Shown: positions 45,006 to 52,734 of the stretch, piece after piece
Numbering within the stretch: the first letter of the stretch is position 1
Layout of the letters: every line of letters begins with the position of its first letter
Virus genome (UHGV): UHGV-0124967
DNA from: a virus
Length of the DNA: 52,734 bases
Strand: one strand, 5' to 3'
Translations under genes and position numbers: made by a program
Notes under the pieces: model-generated
Told to the model about the DNA's origin: nothing
Databases searched by the model: none
What the model saw: only the letters and a program-made list of their open reading frames with translations

Positions 45006-45145
45006 CCTACCTACCATTCTGTAAATCGAAAATTAGCCACCTGATGGCGCCTCTGACGCAATAAGACACTGCAACCCGTGCAAATGGGTTACGCGGTGGT
45101 TTTTTGCATTGTAGCGCGTCTGAGGCGTTTTAAGGAGTTGGAACG

Positions 45146-45646
45146 ATGCGCAAGTTAACACACGAAGAACACATCACAGATATAGCCAAAGTTAACACTT
45201 ATGTTGAAGTATTGGGAAAAATTAAGAACCATAGAGATAAAGTCCCGTGCCGCTGCAAGATCTGTAGTCATGAGTGGTCTGCCAGGCCTTGCAACCTTAA
45301 AAGCGGGTACGGCTGTCCAAAATGCGCGAAATACGGTTTCCTTCGTCATGAGTATGGCAAACTTTACATCATGGTTGATGATCTGGAAGTGCCTACACAA
45401 ATGAAAATTGGGGTAAGTGTTCAGGAAAATAAACGAAGAAACGAGATATTAAAAAGCGCACATAAAGCAGGCGTTAGAATTCCTAATTTGCATATCGTGA
45501 AAACGTTAGAAGGGCCAACCGAAAATATACATGAACTAGAAAACACGATGCATAAGGCTTTTAGCAATTATAAAATTAACTTTCCTGTAAAATTTGATGG
45601 TAGCAATGAGTTTTTTATTACAGGCCGGAAGTATTCGACATGGTAG
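45146..45646 (+). CDS. zinc-ribbon plus T5orf172-like (GIY-YIG-like) domain protein
   Basis: 166 aa; AAGGAG RBS; CRCKICSHEW...CPKCAKYG, then KLYIMVDD...MKIGVSVQENKRRNEIL...NEFF. Confidence 0.55.
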   Translation: MRKLTHEEHITDIAKVNTYVEVLGKIKNHRDKVPCRCKICSHEWSARPCNLKSGYGCPKCAKYGFLRHEYGKLYIMVDDLEVPTQMKIGVSVQENKRRNEILKSAHKAGVRIPNLHIVKTLEGPTENIHELENTMHKAFSNYKINFPVKFDGSNEFFITGRKYSTW

Positions 45647-45715
45647 AAGAAGCATTTAAAGAGATTGTTTGCTGCCAATGAATATACAAAATGTAAAACC
45701 TGAGGATATAACATT

Positions 45716-46834
45716 ATGTGTCAAAGAAAGATTAGTGATGAACAGCTAATCACTGAACATAACAACGGTCTAACGTATAAACAGATCGCCGAAAAATACG
45801 GAATGGCAAAACGCAACGTCGAACGCCTGGGCGCACGGTTGGCGAAACGCGGTTTAATATCCACGCGTCGCGCGCCGGGTTTTGGCGTCAATGGTGAGTC
45901 ATTGCTCGTCGATAAGGATGGCAATGTGATTATGCGCTGGATTAAAACAGCCCGTGATCGCGATGAAATGGAAAGGCTAATGCAATCTGCTTGTGACGCC
46001 TTCACGGAAGAAATACCCCGCGCGGAGTCCGTGCCAGTGCCGGAAATTGATTTCCAAAAAAGCCTGGCCCTTTATCCGGTATTTGATCTGCATATCGGGG
46101 CGCTTGCTCATAAAGCTGAATGCGGCGATAGCTACGACACCGGGATCGCTGAGCGCGTGCTAAATGATTTCTTCGACTACGCGGTAGGCGCTGCACCGAT
46201 GTCTGAAAAAGCTGTTTTGCTGTTAGGAGGGGATGTGCTCCACACTGACGGACTGTTACCAGTGACGCCATCAAGTAATCACGTTTTGGATTGTGATTCA
46301 CGCTACGCAAAACTTGTTTACGTGGCGATCCGGTCGGTCAGGCGTGCTGTAGGTAAGATGTTGTTGAATCATAAGGATGTAGAAATTCAGGTGTTATCAG
46401 GTAATCACGACCAGTCAGGAATGATCTGGCTACGTGCGGCGCTGAAGGCTTTTTACGAAGATGAACCGCGCGTTACTGTTGATGTGTCACCTGCCATCGT
46501 CCACCACACACAGTACGGCAAAACATTCCTTGCATATCATCACGGTCATACTATCAAAAAACCTGACAATTTGTTGTCTGCCTGCGTCTCTGACTGGCGA
46601 GAAGACTTTGGCAAGTCTGCGGCGGTTTACGCTCATTGCGGGCACTGGCATCATCAACGGCTAATTGAATCATCGTTAGGCGTTGTTGAGTATCACGGCA
46701 CGTTAGCGGGTAAAGACGCTTACTCAACTAATGGCGGCTGGCGGTCACGTCGTATGGCAGCGGTGATTATTTACAGCCAGGATTATGGTGAGATCGGGCG
46801 CTTTGTTTATTACCCTGAATATTCCATTTTGTAA
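45716..46834 (+). CDS. HTH plus calcineurin-like metallophosphoesterase domain protein
   Basis: 372 aa; N-terminal HTH; phosphoesterase motifs DLHIG, GGDVLHTDG, GNHD, HHGH, GHWHH. Confidence 0.6.
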   Translation: MCQRKISDEQLITEHNNGLTYKQIAEKYGMAKRNVERLGARLAKRGLISTRRAPGFGVNGESLLVDKDGNVIMRWIKTARDRDEMERLMQSACDAFTEEIPRAESVPVPEIDFQKSLALYPVFDLHIGALAHKAECGDSYDTGIAERVLNDFFDYAVGAAPMSEKAVLLLGGDVLHTDGLLPVTPSSNHVLDCDSRYAKLVYVAIRSVRRAVGKMLLNHKDVEIQVLSGNHDQSGMIWLRAALKAFYEDEPRVTVDVSPAIVHHTQYGKTFLAYHHGHTIKKPDNLLSACVSDWREDFGKSAAVYAHCGHWHHQRLIESSLGVVEYHGTLAGKDAYSTNGGWRSRRMAAVIIYSQDYGEIGRFVYYPEYSIL

Positions 46835-46852
46835 ACCGGAGGTAATGACATA

Positions 46853-48274
46853 ATGGTAACTGAGCAGATAAACTCACTACTGCAGGAACGTGAAGCGTCA
46901 GTTATCGGCGGGCTGCTATTAGGCGGCCTCACTCCTAACGCGCAAGATGTTCTCGCTACGCTAGATCCTGAAGTGTTCACTATTCCGCTGTATAAGCGGG
47001 CGTTTGAAATTATCCGGGCGCAAGCCAGAAACAGGAATCTTATCGACGCGTTATTGGTTGGTGATGAGATTGGTAATGAAAACTTTGTACCGCTAATGCA
47101 AACGGCGCGATCGTGCCCTTCTGCTGCCAACCTGAAGGGATATGCACAGCTACTACGTGAAGAGCACCAGCGGCGGCAGATGTTGGAACTCATCGACGAT
47201 ATGCGCTACAAACTGGAAACTGGGACACTTGAGGTCGTCAAAGAGACGATGAAAGATTTTGATTCCCGGTATTCAAAATTAAAGGTAACAAAAGATCAGA
47301 TTATCCCGGTGCTGTTGCGCGATGCTGTCCAGGAATACACGGAAGTGCTAAGTAAACGCATGGAGTGTGGCGTGAACTCTGACAACATCAAAACAGGGAT
47401 TGACCCACTCGACGAAATGTTAGGCGGCATTAACGCTACTGATCTGGTGCTTATCGCCGGACGCCCAGGGTCTGGTAAATCGGCGTTGGCGTTGGCAATT
47501 GCCCGCGCGGCTGCTGAACGCCAATACCCTGGCGGAGAAGGTCAGCGGGTCGGCGTTTTGTTGTTCACGCTTGAAATGTCGCTCGATCAGATGACTGAAC
47601 GCGCTATCGCTGGCGCAGGGAACTTGTCAACGGATTGCTTACGTAATCCGGTAAAACTGGATGACGAAGGATGGGCGCACGTTGCCCAGGGAATGAACGC
47701 ACTTGCTGATCTCGATGTGTGGATTGTTGATGCATCACAGTTAACTGTCGAGGAAATACGCGCCACAACTGAACGAATGAAGCAGGATTATCCCAACCTG
47801 GGTATGGTAATGATTGACTACATCGGGTTAATGAAGCTGGCTAAGGCAGAACGTCACGATCTCGCTGTAGGGCAATTGTCATGGTCGTTGAAGATGATGG
47901 CGAAAGAATTGCGCGTACCAGTGTTGGCACTGGCGCAATTATCCCGCCGCGTTGAGGAACGACCAAACAAGCGCCCGAACAATTCTGATCTGCGTGATTC
48001 CGGTAATCTTGAACAGGACGCAGACCGGATCATCATGGTCTACCGCGACGGGTACTATGATGAACAGTCTGTTGCCCGCGAATATATGGAGATCATTGTT
48101 TCGAAAAACCGTCACGGGAAAACGGGGACTGTTTACCAGCGGTTTGACGACAACGGCAACATCTTACCATGCGACCAGGCCCGCGCGGCGTCAGCTTGCA
48201 TCCAGTCAATGCAACAACGTCCGTCTGCAAGCCGATTCTCACCACGAAACAACCAGAATAACGCATCTTTTTAA
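46853..48274 (+). CDS. replicative DNA helicase (DnaB family)
   Basis: 473 aa; Walker A GRPGSGKS, LFTLEMS, VMIDYIGLM, LAQLSRRVEERPNKRPNNSDLRDSGNLEQDADRIIMVYRD. Confidence 0.9.
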   Translation: MVTEQINSLLQEREASVIGGLLLGGLTPNAQDVLATLDPEVFTIPLYKRAFEIIRAQARNRNLIDALLVGDEIGNENFVPLMQTARSCPSAANLKGYAQLLREEHQRRQMLELIDDMRYKLETGTLEVVKETMKDFDSRYSKLKVTKDQIIPVLLRDAVQEYTEVLSKRMECGVNSDNIKTGIDPLDEMLGGINATDLVLIAGRPGSGKSALALAIARAAAERQYPGGEGQRVGVLLFTLEMSLDQMTERAIAGAGNLSTDCLRNPVKLDDEGWAHVAQGMNALADLDVWIVDASQLTVEEIRATTERMKQDYPNLGMVMIDYIGLMKLAKAERHDLAVGQLSWSLKMMAKELRVPVLALAQLSRRVEERPNKRPNNSDLRDSGNLEQDADRIIMVYRDGYYDEQSVAREYMEIIVSKNRHGKTGTVYQRFDDNGNILPCDQARAASACIQSMQQRPSASRFSPRNNQNNASF

Positions 48275-48352
48275 TTAACTTGAGAAACGGCTTACCGGAA
48301 AGTTTACCGCTTTCTGGTGGCTGTTTTCGCGCTTAAATCGAGGCTAGAAACA

Positions 48353-48880
48353 ATGAAAACCATTTATAAAACACAAATAGCGAAATTTTTACAGGATGCC
48401 ACTGTTGCTGGTGAAGCAACAATTATTAAATCTATTCCAGGTCCTGAAATCGAGATCGTTAATAGTTTGCGTGATATGGTTTCTGACGGCGCTATTATTC
48501 CTGTTGAAATGGGAGTGCCGCGATTATCATATTGCTTGAAGTCAGTGCGCGAAATGGCAATAAAAAAAATCATGCCTTTATTTCTGAATAGTAGCGATTA
48601 TTTTTCTGCTGAGGATGTTAAAAAAGAATTAAAACTCGAAATAAAACAGAGGAAAATTTGTCGGGTTTTAAAGATGTTAGGCAGTGAAAATTTATTAACA
48701 GTTAATAAATTTGATGGGAAATACTTTTTTAGATCAGCTCGCTTCTATGGTTGTTCGAGTCCTATCGTATTTGAATTTAACAACCGCCTGAATGAATACC
48801 GGAAAAATAACGGCCTGCTGCCGGATAAACCAGTATTTGAGATCGAAAAACTTAACGGTGAAACGGGGTTGGAATTATGA
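48353..48880 (+). CDS. hypothetical protein, 175 aa, AT-rich gene
   Basis: First ATG 48353 (track ORF starts 48317); conspicuously AT-rich compared with flanking genes. Confidence 0.5.
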   Translation: MKTIYKTQIAKFLQDATVAGEATIIKSIPGPEIEIVNSLRDMVSDGAIIPVEMGVPRLSYCLKSVREMAIKKIMPLFLNSSDYFSAEDVKKELKLEIKQRKICRVLKMLGSENLLTVNKFDGKYFFRSARFYGCSSPIVFEFNNRLNEYRKNNGLLPDKPVFEIEKLNGETGLEL

Positions 48881-49083
48881 GACTGGTAATCTTTTATTCA
48901 GTTGAAACGTTTATTGACGATACGCGCGTTTATTATCCGTGGGAAGGATACGACGCAAAGGTGTATACACCGCCACTGATGCGGAAATATAAACACGTAA
49001 AATTTAACCGGGTTTTTGTACCAATGCGTGATGCACTGCAGGCGCTGCGCGGTGAATTACGAAACACAATGCGTATTGTGTGA
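48877..49083 (+). CDS. hypothetical protein, 68 aa
   Basis: ATGA overlap with previous gene. Confidence 0.45.
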   Translation: MRLVIFYSVETFIDDTRVYYPWEGYDAKVYTPPLMRKYKHVKFNRVFVPMRDALQALRGELRNTMRIV

Positions 49084-49092
49084 GGTGGCGTT

Positions 49093-49218
49093 ATGGATAA
49101 GGAATTAGATTTAACAGTTGAAGACCTGAGCACGATTGCGGAATACATGCGCGACGATGATCCTGATCGTCCTGTCGTCGTTGATATGAAAAAACTAAAA
49201 AAACGACCATATGGCTAG
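49093..49218 (+). CDS. hypothetical acidic protein, 41 aa
   Basis: ATG 49093 with GAGGTGG RBS; below track cutoff. Confidence 0.35.
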   Translation: MDKELDLTVEDLSTIAEYMRDDDPDRPVVVDMKKLKKRPYG

Positions 49219-49287
49219 TTCAAGGCTCATTTCTTTATGGGCGATCATGTATGCGCGGGCGCAATGGAAAAATAGCAACGGTGTATT

Positions 49288-49719
49288 ATGAGGCAAATTA
49301 GATTTGAGATAGTCAACGACGCCGTGAAAGAAAATGCTATCAGGCAGATAAGGGAAATACAGCCTGATAGCAAAAGCCCGCTGATAATCACCATCCAGGA
49401 GAAAACCCGCTCGCTAAGCCAAAATAGCCTTCTATGGGCGTTGCTAACCGACATTAGTGATCAGGTTAATTGGTACGGTAAGAGGCTGTCGCCGGAAGAC
49501 TGGAAGGCGGTATTCACTGCCGGGCTTAAGAAATATGGCGTTGTCCCTAACCTGGACAAATCAGGCTTTGTTGTGCTGGGAACATCAACCAGCCGGATGA
49601 GTAAAGCGGAATTTAGCGAATTAATCGAACTGATCTACTCGTTCGGTGCTGAACATAATGTTCAATGGTCAGGTGATACGAAATTAAACGAGGAATTTAT
49701 AAAACGCTGGGGGCAATAA
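49288..49719 (+). CDS. ninB: recombination protein NinB
   Basis: 143 aa; close to lambda NinB as recalled (TIQEKTRSLSQNSLLWALL...SPEDWKAVFTAGLKK...PNLDKSGFVVLGTSTSRMSKAEFSELIEL). Confidence 0.85.
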   Translation: MRQIRFEIVNDAVKENAIRQIREIQPDSKSPLIITIQEKTRSLSQNSLLWALLTDISDQVNWYGKRLSPEDWKAVFTAGLKKYGVVPNLDKSGFVVLGTSTSRMSKAEFSELIELIYSFGAEHNVQWSGDTKLNEEFIKRWGQ

Positions 49720-49895
49720 TGGCTAGTTATTACATGGCTAAACCTACAGGCATTTTGTATAAGGTTGATGGCGAATACGTTTATTACTTTCACAACCAGG
49801 CGCGTGAGTGGCGATTGTGTCACGCGCACTTTAAGCACGAAATAGAAAATCATCCTGAATATTTTATTAAGGTTGACAATGTAACAGTGGCGTAA
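49719..49895 (+). CDS. hypothetical protein, 58 aa
   Basis: ATG overlaps NinB stop (TAATG). Confidence 0.4.
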   Translation: MASYYMAKPTGILYKVDGEYVYYFHNQAREWRLCHAHFKHEIENHPEYFIKVDNVTVA

Positions 49896-49910
49896 TTGAG
49901 GATAAACAAA

Positions 49911-50573
49911 ATGAGTGAATCAAGAGTAATTGGCATAATTCGTCATCGCACTAACCCTGATGTTTACCCATCGTTTGAGGTAACAACATGCCGCACGGAA
50001 TACAATTTTGGATCATGCTATTTAGTTGGCGTCCGCGCTGATACTCGCGGCACTTATTCAGTTATGGCGGCAAGCTGGAAATTTGATAAATACGCTAATT
50101 TATCTAACAAGGATGATGACGGCATGAATAAAGAAAGTGAAATTATTGATGGATTAATCGAAGATGAACGCCGTGACTGCGAAACACAACAAGAAAAAAC
50201 GGAATGGGTCGTAGGTGATAAGCCTCCTGTTAATGTGTGGCTTGATTGCGTAGGTTTGACAAGTGGAACTATTCTTGATGTCGTCAGGTTTAAATATGTT
50301 GGTGATAAATGGGCTATATGTGAAAGCAAGGAAGATTTTTGTGGCGAGAGGCCGCTATCATGGACAACATGCTCTTTCAAGCTGCATATAGATCCGAAAG
50401 AAAAGGCACTTGCTGAAATCGCGCTTGCACTTGCTGTCAATGTTATGGGTGAAGACGCGGCAAAAGAGATTGACTTTAACCACGACAATGATTTTTCGTG
50501 CGATTATCGCAATATGGCGCAAGCTATTATTGATGGATGTATCGGACACGTTGAATACACGGGGGATAAATAA
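49911..50573 (+). CDS. hypothetical protein, 220 aa
   Basis: ATG 49911 with GAGGAT RBS (track ORF from 49896); Cys-containing, acidic. Confidence 0.5.
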   Translation: MSESRVIGIIRHRTNPDVYPSFEVTTCRTEYNFGSCYLVGVRADTRGTYSVMAASWKFDKYANLSNKDDDGMNKESEIIDGLIEDERRDCETQQEKTEWVVGDKPPVNVWLDCVGLTSGTILDVVRFKYVGDKWAICESKEDFCGERPLSWTTCSFKLHIDPKEKALAEIALALAVNVMGEDAAKEIDFNHDNDFSCDYRNMAQAIIDGCIGHVEYTGDK

Positions 50574-50803
50574 TGGATAAAACCGGGACAATCCTTCTTA
50601 GTCGCCCTGCCATCTGCCGGATGCTTGGGGGAATTAGCAGGGGAACGTTTTACTTATGGCGTAAAAAATGGGAACGGAACGGAACTCCGTTCCCCGACCC
50701 GGTTGACGTACTTGGGACCGGGCGTGGCGTTATGTACCGCTATCAGGACGTAATGCAGTTCTTTGATCGGATTGGTTTAACGTCAGCCAAAGATAACACA
50801 TAA
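50573..50803 (+). CDS. AlpA-family HTH regulator / putative excisionase
   Basis: 76 aa; LGGISRGTFYLWRKKWERNGTPFPDPVDVLGTGRGVMYRYQDVMQFF pattern; convergent with integrase 3' end. Confidence 0.65.
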   Translation: MDKTGTILLSRPAICRMLGGISRGTFYLWRKKWERNGTPFPDPVDVLGTGRGVMYRYQDVMQFFDRIGLTSAKDNT

Positions 50804-51958
50804 TCAGCAAACTTATTTAGTGCCTCCTTTTGTTCATCAAGATAATCATATTTGTCGTACACCGCCAGTATTCCCCTTAATGAATGGCCTAAGATCTTTT
50901 CTGCAATATGTACCGGAACACCTATAGCTGAAAGGTGTGTCCGGCACGTCCTGCGGAGGTCGTGACAGGACCATGATTTACCGCCCATCCTTTTACGCAC
51001 GAATATTGCAGCTACTTTTATCACTGATACGTTTACTGGCCTGTTGCCGCCGTTAATCACTGGCGGGAATACATAATCATACTCATGGGAGGTTAAAACC
51101 TCCCTGAGCATTTTTATCGACAAGTCAGATAATCCCCGCCTGATTTCACTTCTTGTCTTCGCCACCGCCGCCGGAACGGTCCATACACCGTTGTCCAGAT
51201 CTAGGTGTTCCCTTCTCATTTTCTGCAATTCACCAACCCTGCACCCGGTTAGCAATAATAGCTTTAAGGCTATTTTGTTCTGCGGATAGATCTGCGAACT
51301 GTCTACCGTGCGCCAGAAGTGGCCTATCTCCTCACATGAAAGGTAACGCTCCCCCCACCGCATAATGCTCGCCAACGTCAGCTACACGGATATTGTTTAT
51401 CGCCGTGTTAGTCATTAGCCCACGCCTGATTGCGCTGTTAACGATGATTTTCATTCGCTTCAATATCAAACCAGCCGTAACCGCGTGACCCGCCGCAGTG
51501 ATCTCGCCAAATATATCCATCCACTGTTTTGTCGTTACGTCGTCAGCTATGTAGTCGCCGTACTTGTTGACTACGTGGCGCATCAATGCGCTTTTGACTT
51601 CTTTATATGCCACCAGCTTAATGACGTTCGGCAGGGATAGATAGTCTTCCACTACGTCGGATATAGATCGCTTGCCCTGCTCAAAGGCTATGGCCTGCTT
51701 TACGCACAGTGCCGGATTCTTCCCTTTCGTAAGCAACTCCCTGTATTCAGACACCGCATAGCGGGCGTCTTTCAGACTCATTTTCCCGTATTCACCGATC
51801 TTCATTCGCACTGGCTTACCGTTGAATCTGTAACGGTACTGGAAAGTAATTTTCCCTTTTGGGTTTATCCTGGCTGACAGGCCATCACGATCAGCTATCT
51901 CGCTTGGACCGTCGTATGGCTTGTTGGCGATGGCCCTTAACCTGGTATCCGTAAGCAT
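50743..51958 (-). pseudogene. tyrosine integrase disrupted by a frameshift
   Basis: Two overlapping frames (51332..51958 N-terminal, 50743..51375 C-terminal with HDLRR, LGHS, AVYDKYDY motifs). They meet at a C6 run (51351-51356); deleting one base would give continuous ...GEHYAVGERYLSCEEIGHFW.... Could be a real pseudogene or a sequencing error. Confidence 0.7.
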
Positions 51959-51972
51959 GTTGCCCCCCCATT

Positions 51973-52235
51973 TTTGGTCACGTTTTGGTACACAGTTTTT
52001 GTTGTACGGATATTAACAGTATTGTACGGAATTAGAAACGTGATGCCGGGTTTTGGTTACAACTTTATGATTTTTAAGTGATTTTATTGACGTGATTGAA
52101 CGGAGTTAAACGCCTTTAAACATAGTGCGCTGGTCCTGTCTGGAATGATTAGTGTAACGAATAATCATTTATAAAACATAATGTTATGTTGTTTTTGATT
52201 TTAGTTTTTGATATTTGGTCACTATTTGGTACACA
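51973..52235. repeat. two copies of a ~22-bp direct repeat flanking an AT-rich region; candidate integrase arm sites / att region
   Basis: TTTGGTCACGTTTTGGTACACA (51975-51996) and TTTGGTCACTATTTGGTACACA (52214-52235); each is itself a tandem of TTTGGT(C/A)AC. Confidence 0.35.
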
Positions 52236-52263
52236 AAAAGAAACGAGGCGTTAGCCTCGTTTC
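52235..52263 (-). terminator. rho-independent terminator for minus-strand gene 52307..52591
   Basis: GAAACGAGGC-GTTA-GCCTCGTTTC followed on minus strand by T5. Confidence 0.5.
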
Positions 52264-52306
52264 TCGGCGATGCTTTCAACATCACCATGCTATCACTGCC
52301 GCATCA

Positions 52307-52591
52307 TTAAGCCCATGCGCGGACGCCTGGATCTGGAACGATGAAAGGCTCAAGCTGAGAAATATCAACATCGTCACCAGTTATACGCACGTTGACGTAA
52401 TAACCTTTTTTTCCAATAAGTACAGGTGTCTCGCTTTCTGGATCGTCGAATACAAGGACAAAACCGATATCATCAATAAACACGGTTGACCAATTGGCAT
52501 CCAGCCAGCCGCTATTAATCACAATGTCGTTGTATTGCTGTTTGTCAGTAAATTGCAAGCTAACGTCTTTCATGTTAACCACCTTAAACAA
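52307..52591 (-). CDS. hypothetical protein, 94 aa (outside or at edge of prophage)
   Basis: Track ORF with AAGGTGG RBS; followed by terminator. Confidence 0.45.
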   Translation of the reverse strand: MFKVVNMKDVSLQFTDKQQYNDIVINSGWLDANWSTVFIDDIGFVLVFDDPESETPVLIGKKGYYVNVRITGDDVDISQLEPFIVPDPGVRAWA

Positions 52592-52593
52592 TT

Positions 52594-52734
52594 TCGCTTA
52601 ATTGCGCATCAGTTAATGCCTTATGCCATACTCGAAAATTTCTAACATGACCAAATAAATGACGTTGTCCTGTCGTTGTCTGACCACCGATACGAATAGT
52701 TGCGGAGCTTTGAATATAAGTCCAGGTTGTTTTT
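52594..52734 (-). CDS. C-terminal fragment of a protein with a LamG/jelly-roll-like terminus; gene starts beyond window end
   Basis: Open minus frame from window end to TAA at 52594; ends ...GQRHLFGHVRNFRVWHKALTDAQLSEIV. Confidence 0.4.

Larger units (their letters stand above)
1..52235. mobile_element. lambdoid/P22-like prophage, partial (left end outside window; right boundary approximate, near integrase)
   Basis: Continuous phage gene order: tail fibre, J, I, K, L, M, tape measure, major tail, neck, capsid, portal, terminase, lysis, Q, nin genes, Erf/SSB, CI, replication, integrase. Right boundary set at direct repeats just right of int; exact att core not determined. Confidence 0.8.

Noticed and set aside
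51959-52306. tRNA gene as integration target next to the integrase
   Set aside because: No cloverleaf-compatible sequence or conserved T-loop-like GTTCGA motif found in the flanks.
1-52734. CRISPR array, rRNA, tRNA, IS element or transposase anywhere in the window
   Set aside because: No regularly spaced short direct repeats with unique spacers; no tRNA-like or rRNA-like sequence recognised; no transposase-like ORF or terminal inverted repeats around a single gene.

Overview
Almost the whole window is one lambdoid / P22-like siphovirus prophage; its left end (a tail fibre gene) runs past position 1 and its right end lies near a frameshifted integrase at about 51.96-52.24 kb. All calls are from reading the sequence and ORF track by eye; no database search was run, so family names are recalled motif-level matches. 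Minus strand, in transcription order from ~42 kb down to 1: an early-left operon (arginine-rich N-like protein, Erf, SSB, small genes, Dam-like and C5-like methyltransferases, NinG, RusA, antiterminator Q), then a 5.4-kb array of ~21 small translationally coupled genes, then a promoter/terminator module next to the lysis cassette (pinholin, SAR endolysin, Rz/Rz1), then terminase, portal, head, neck and tail genes (major tail, chaperone, tape measure, M, L, K, I, J). Plus strand: a CI-divergent replication operon (HTH protein, initiator with internal iteron origin, Zn-ribbon/T5orf172-like protein, HTH-metallophosphoesterase, DnaB-type helicase, NinB, AlpA-like regulator). The tail module is interrupted by four opposite-strand moron cassettes with their own promoter-like elements and hairpin terminators. 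The most interesting candidates for something undescribed are the small-gene array between Q and the late promoter (with a four-member paralogue family and an in-frame-stop duplicate) and the tail-embedded cassettes. A recurrent intergenic motif CCATTTTGTA(A/T)A is also reported. No CRISPR array, tRNA, rRNA or transposase was found.
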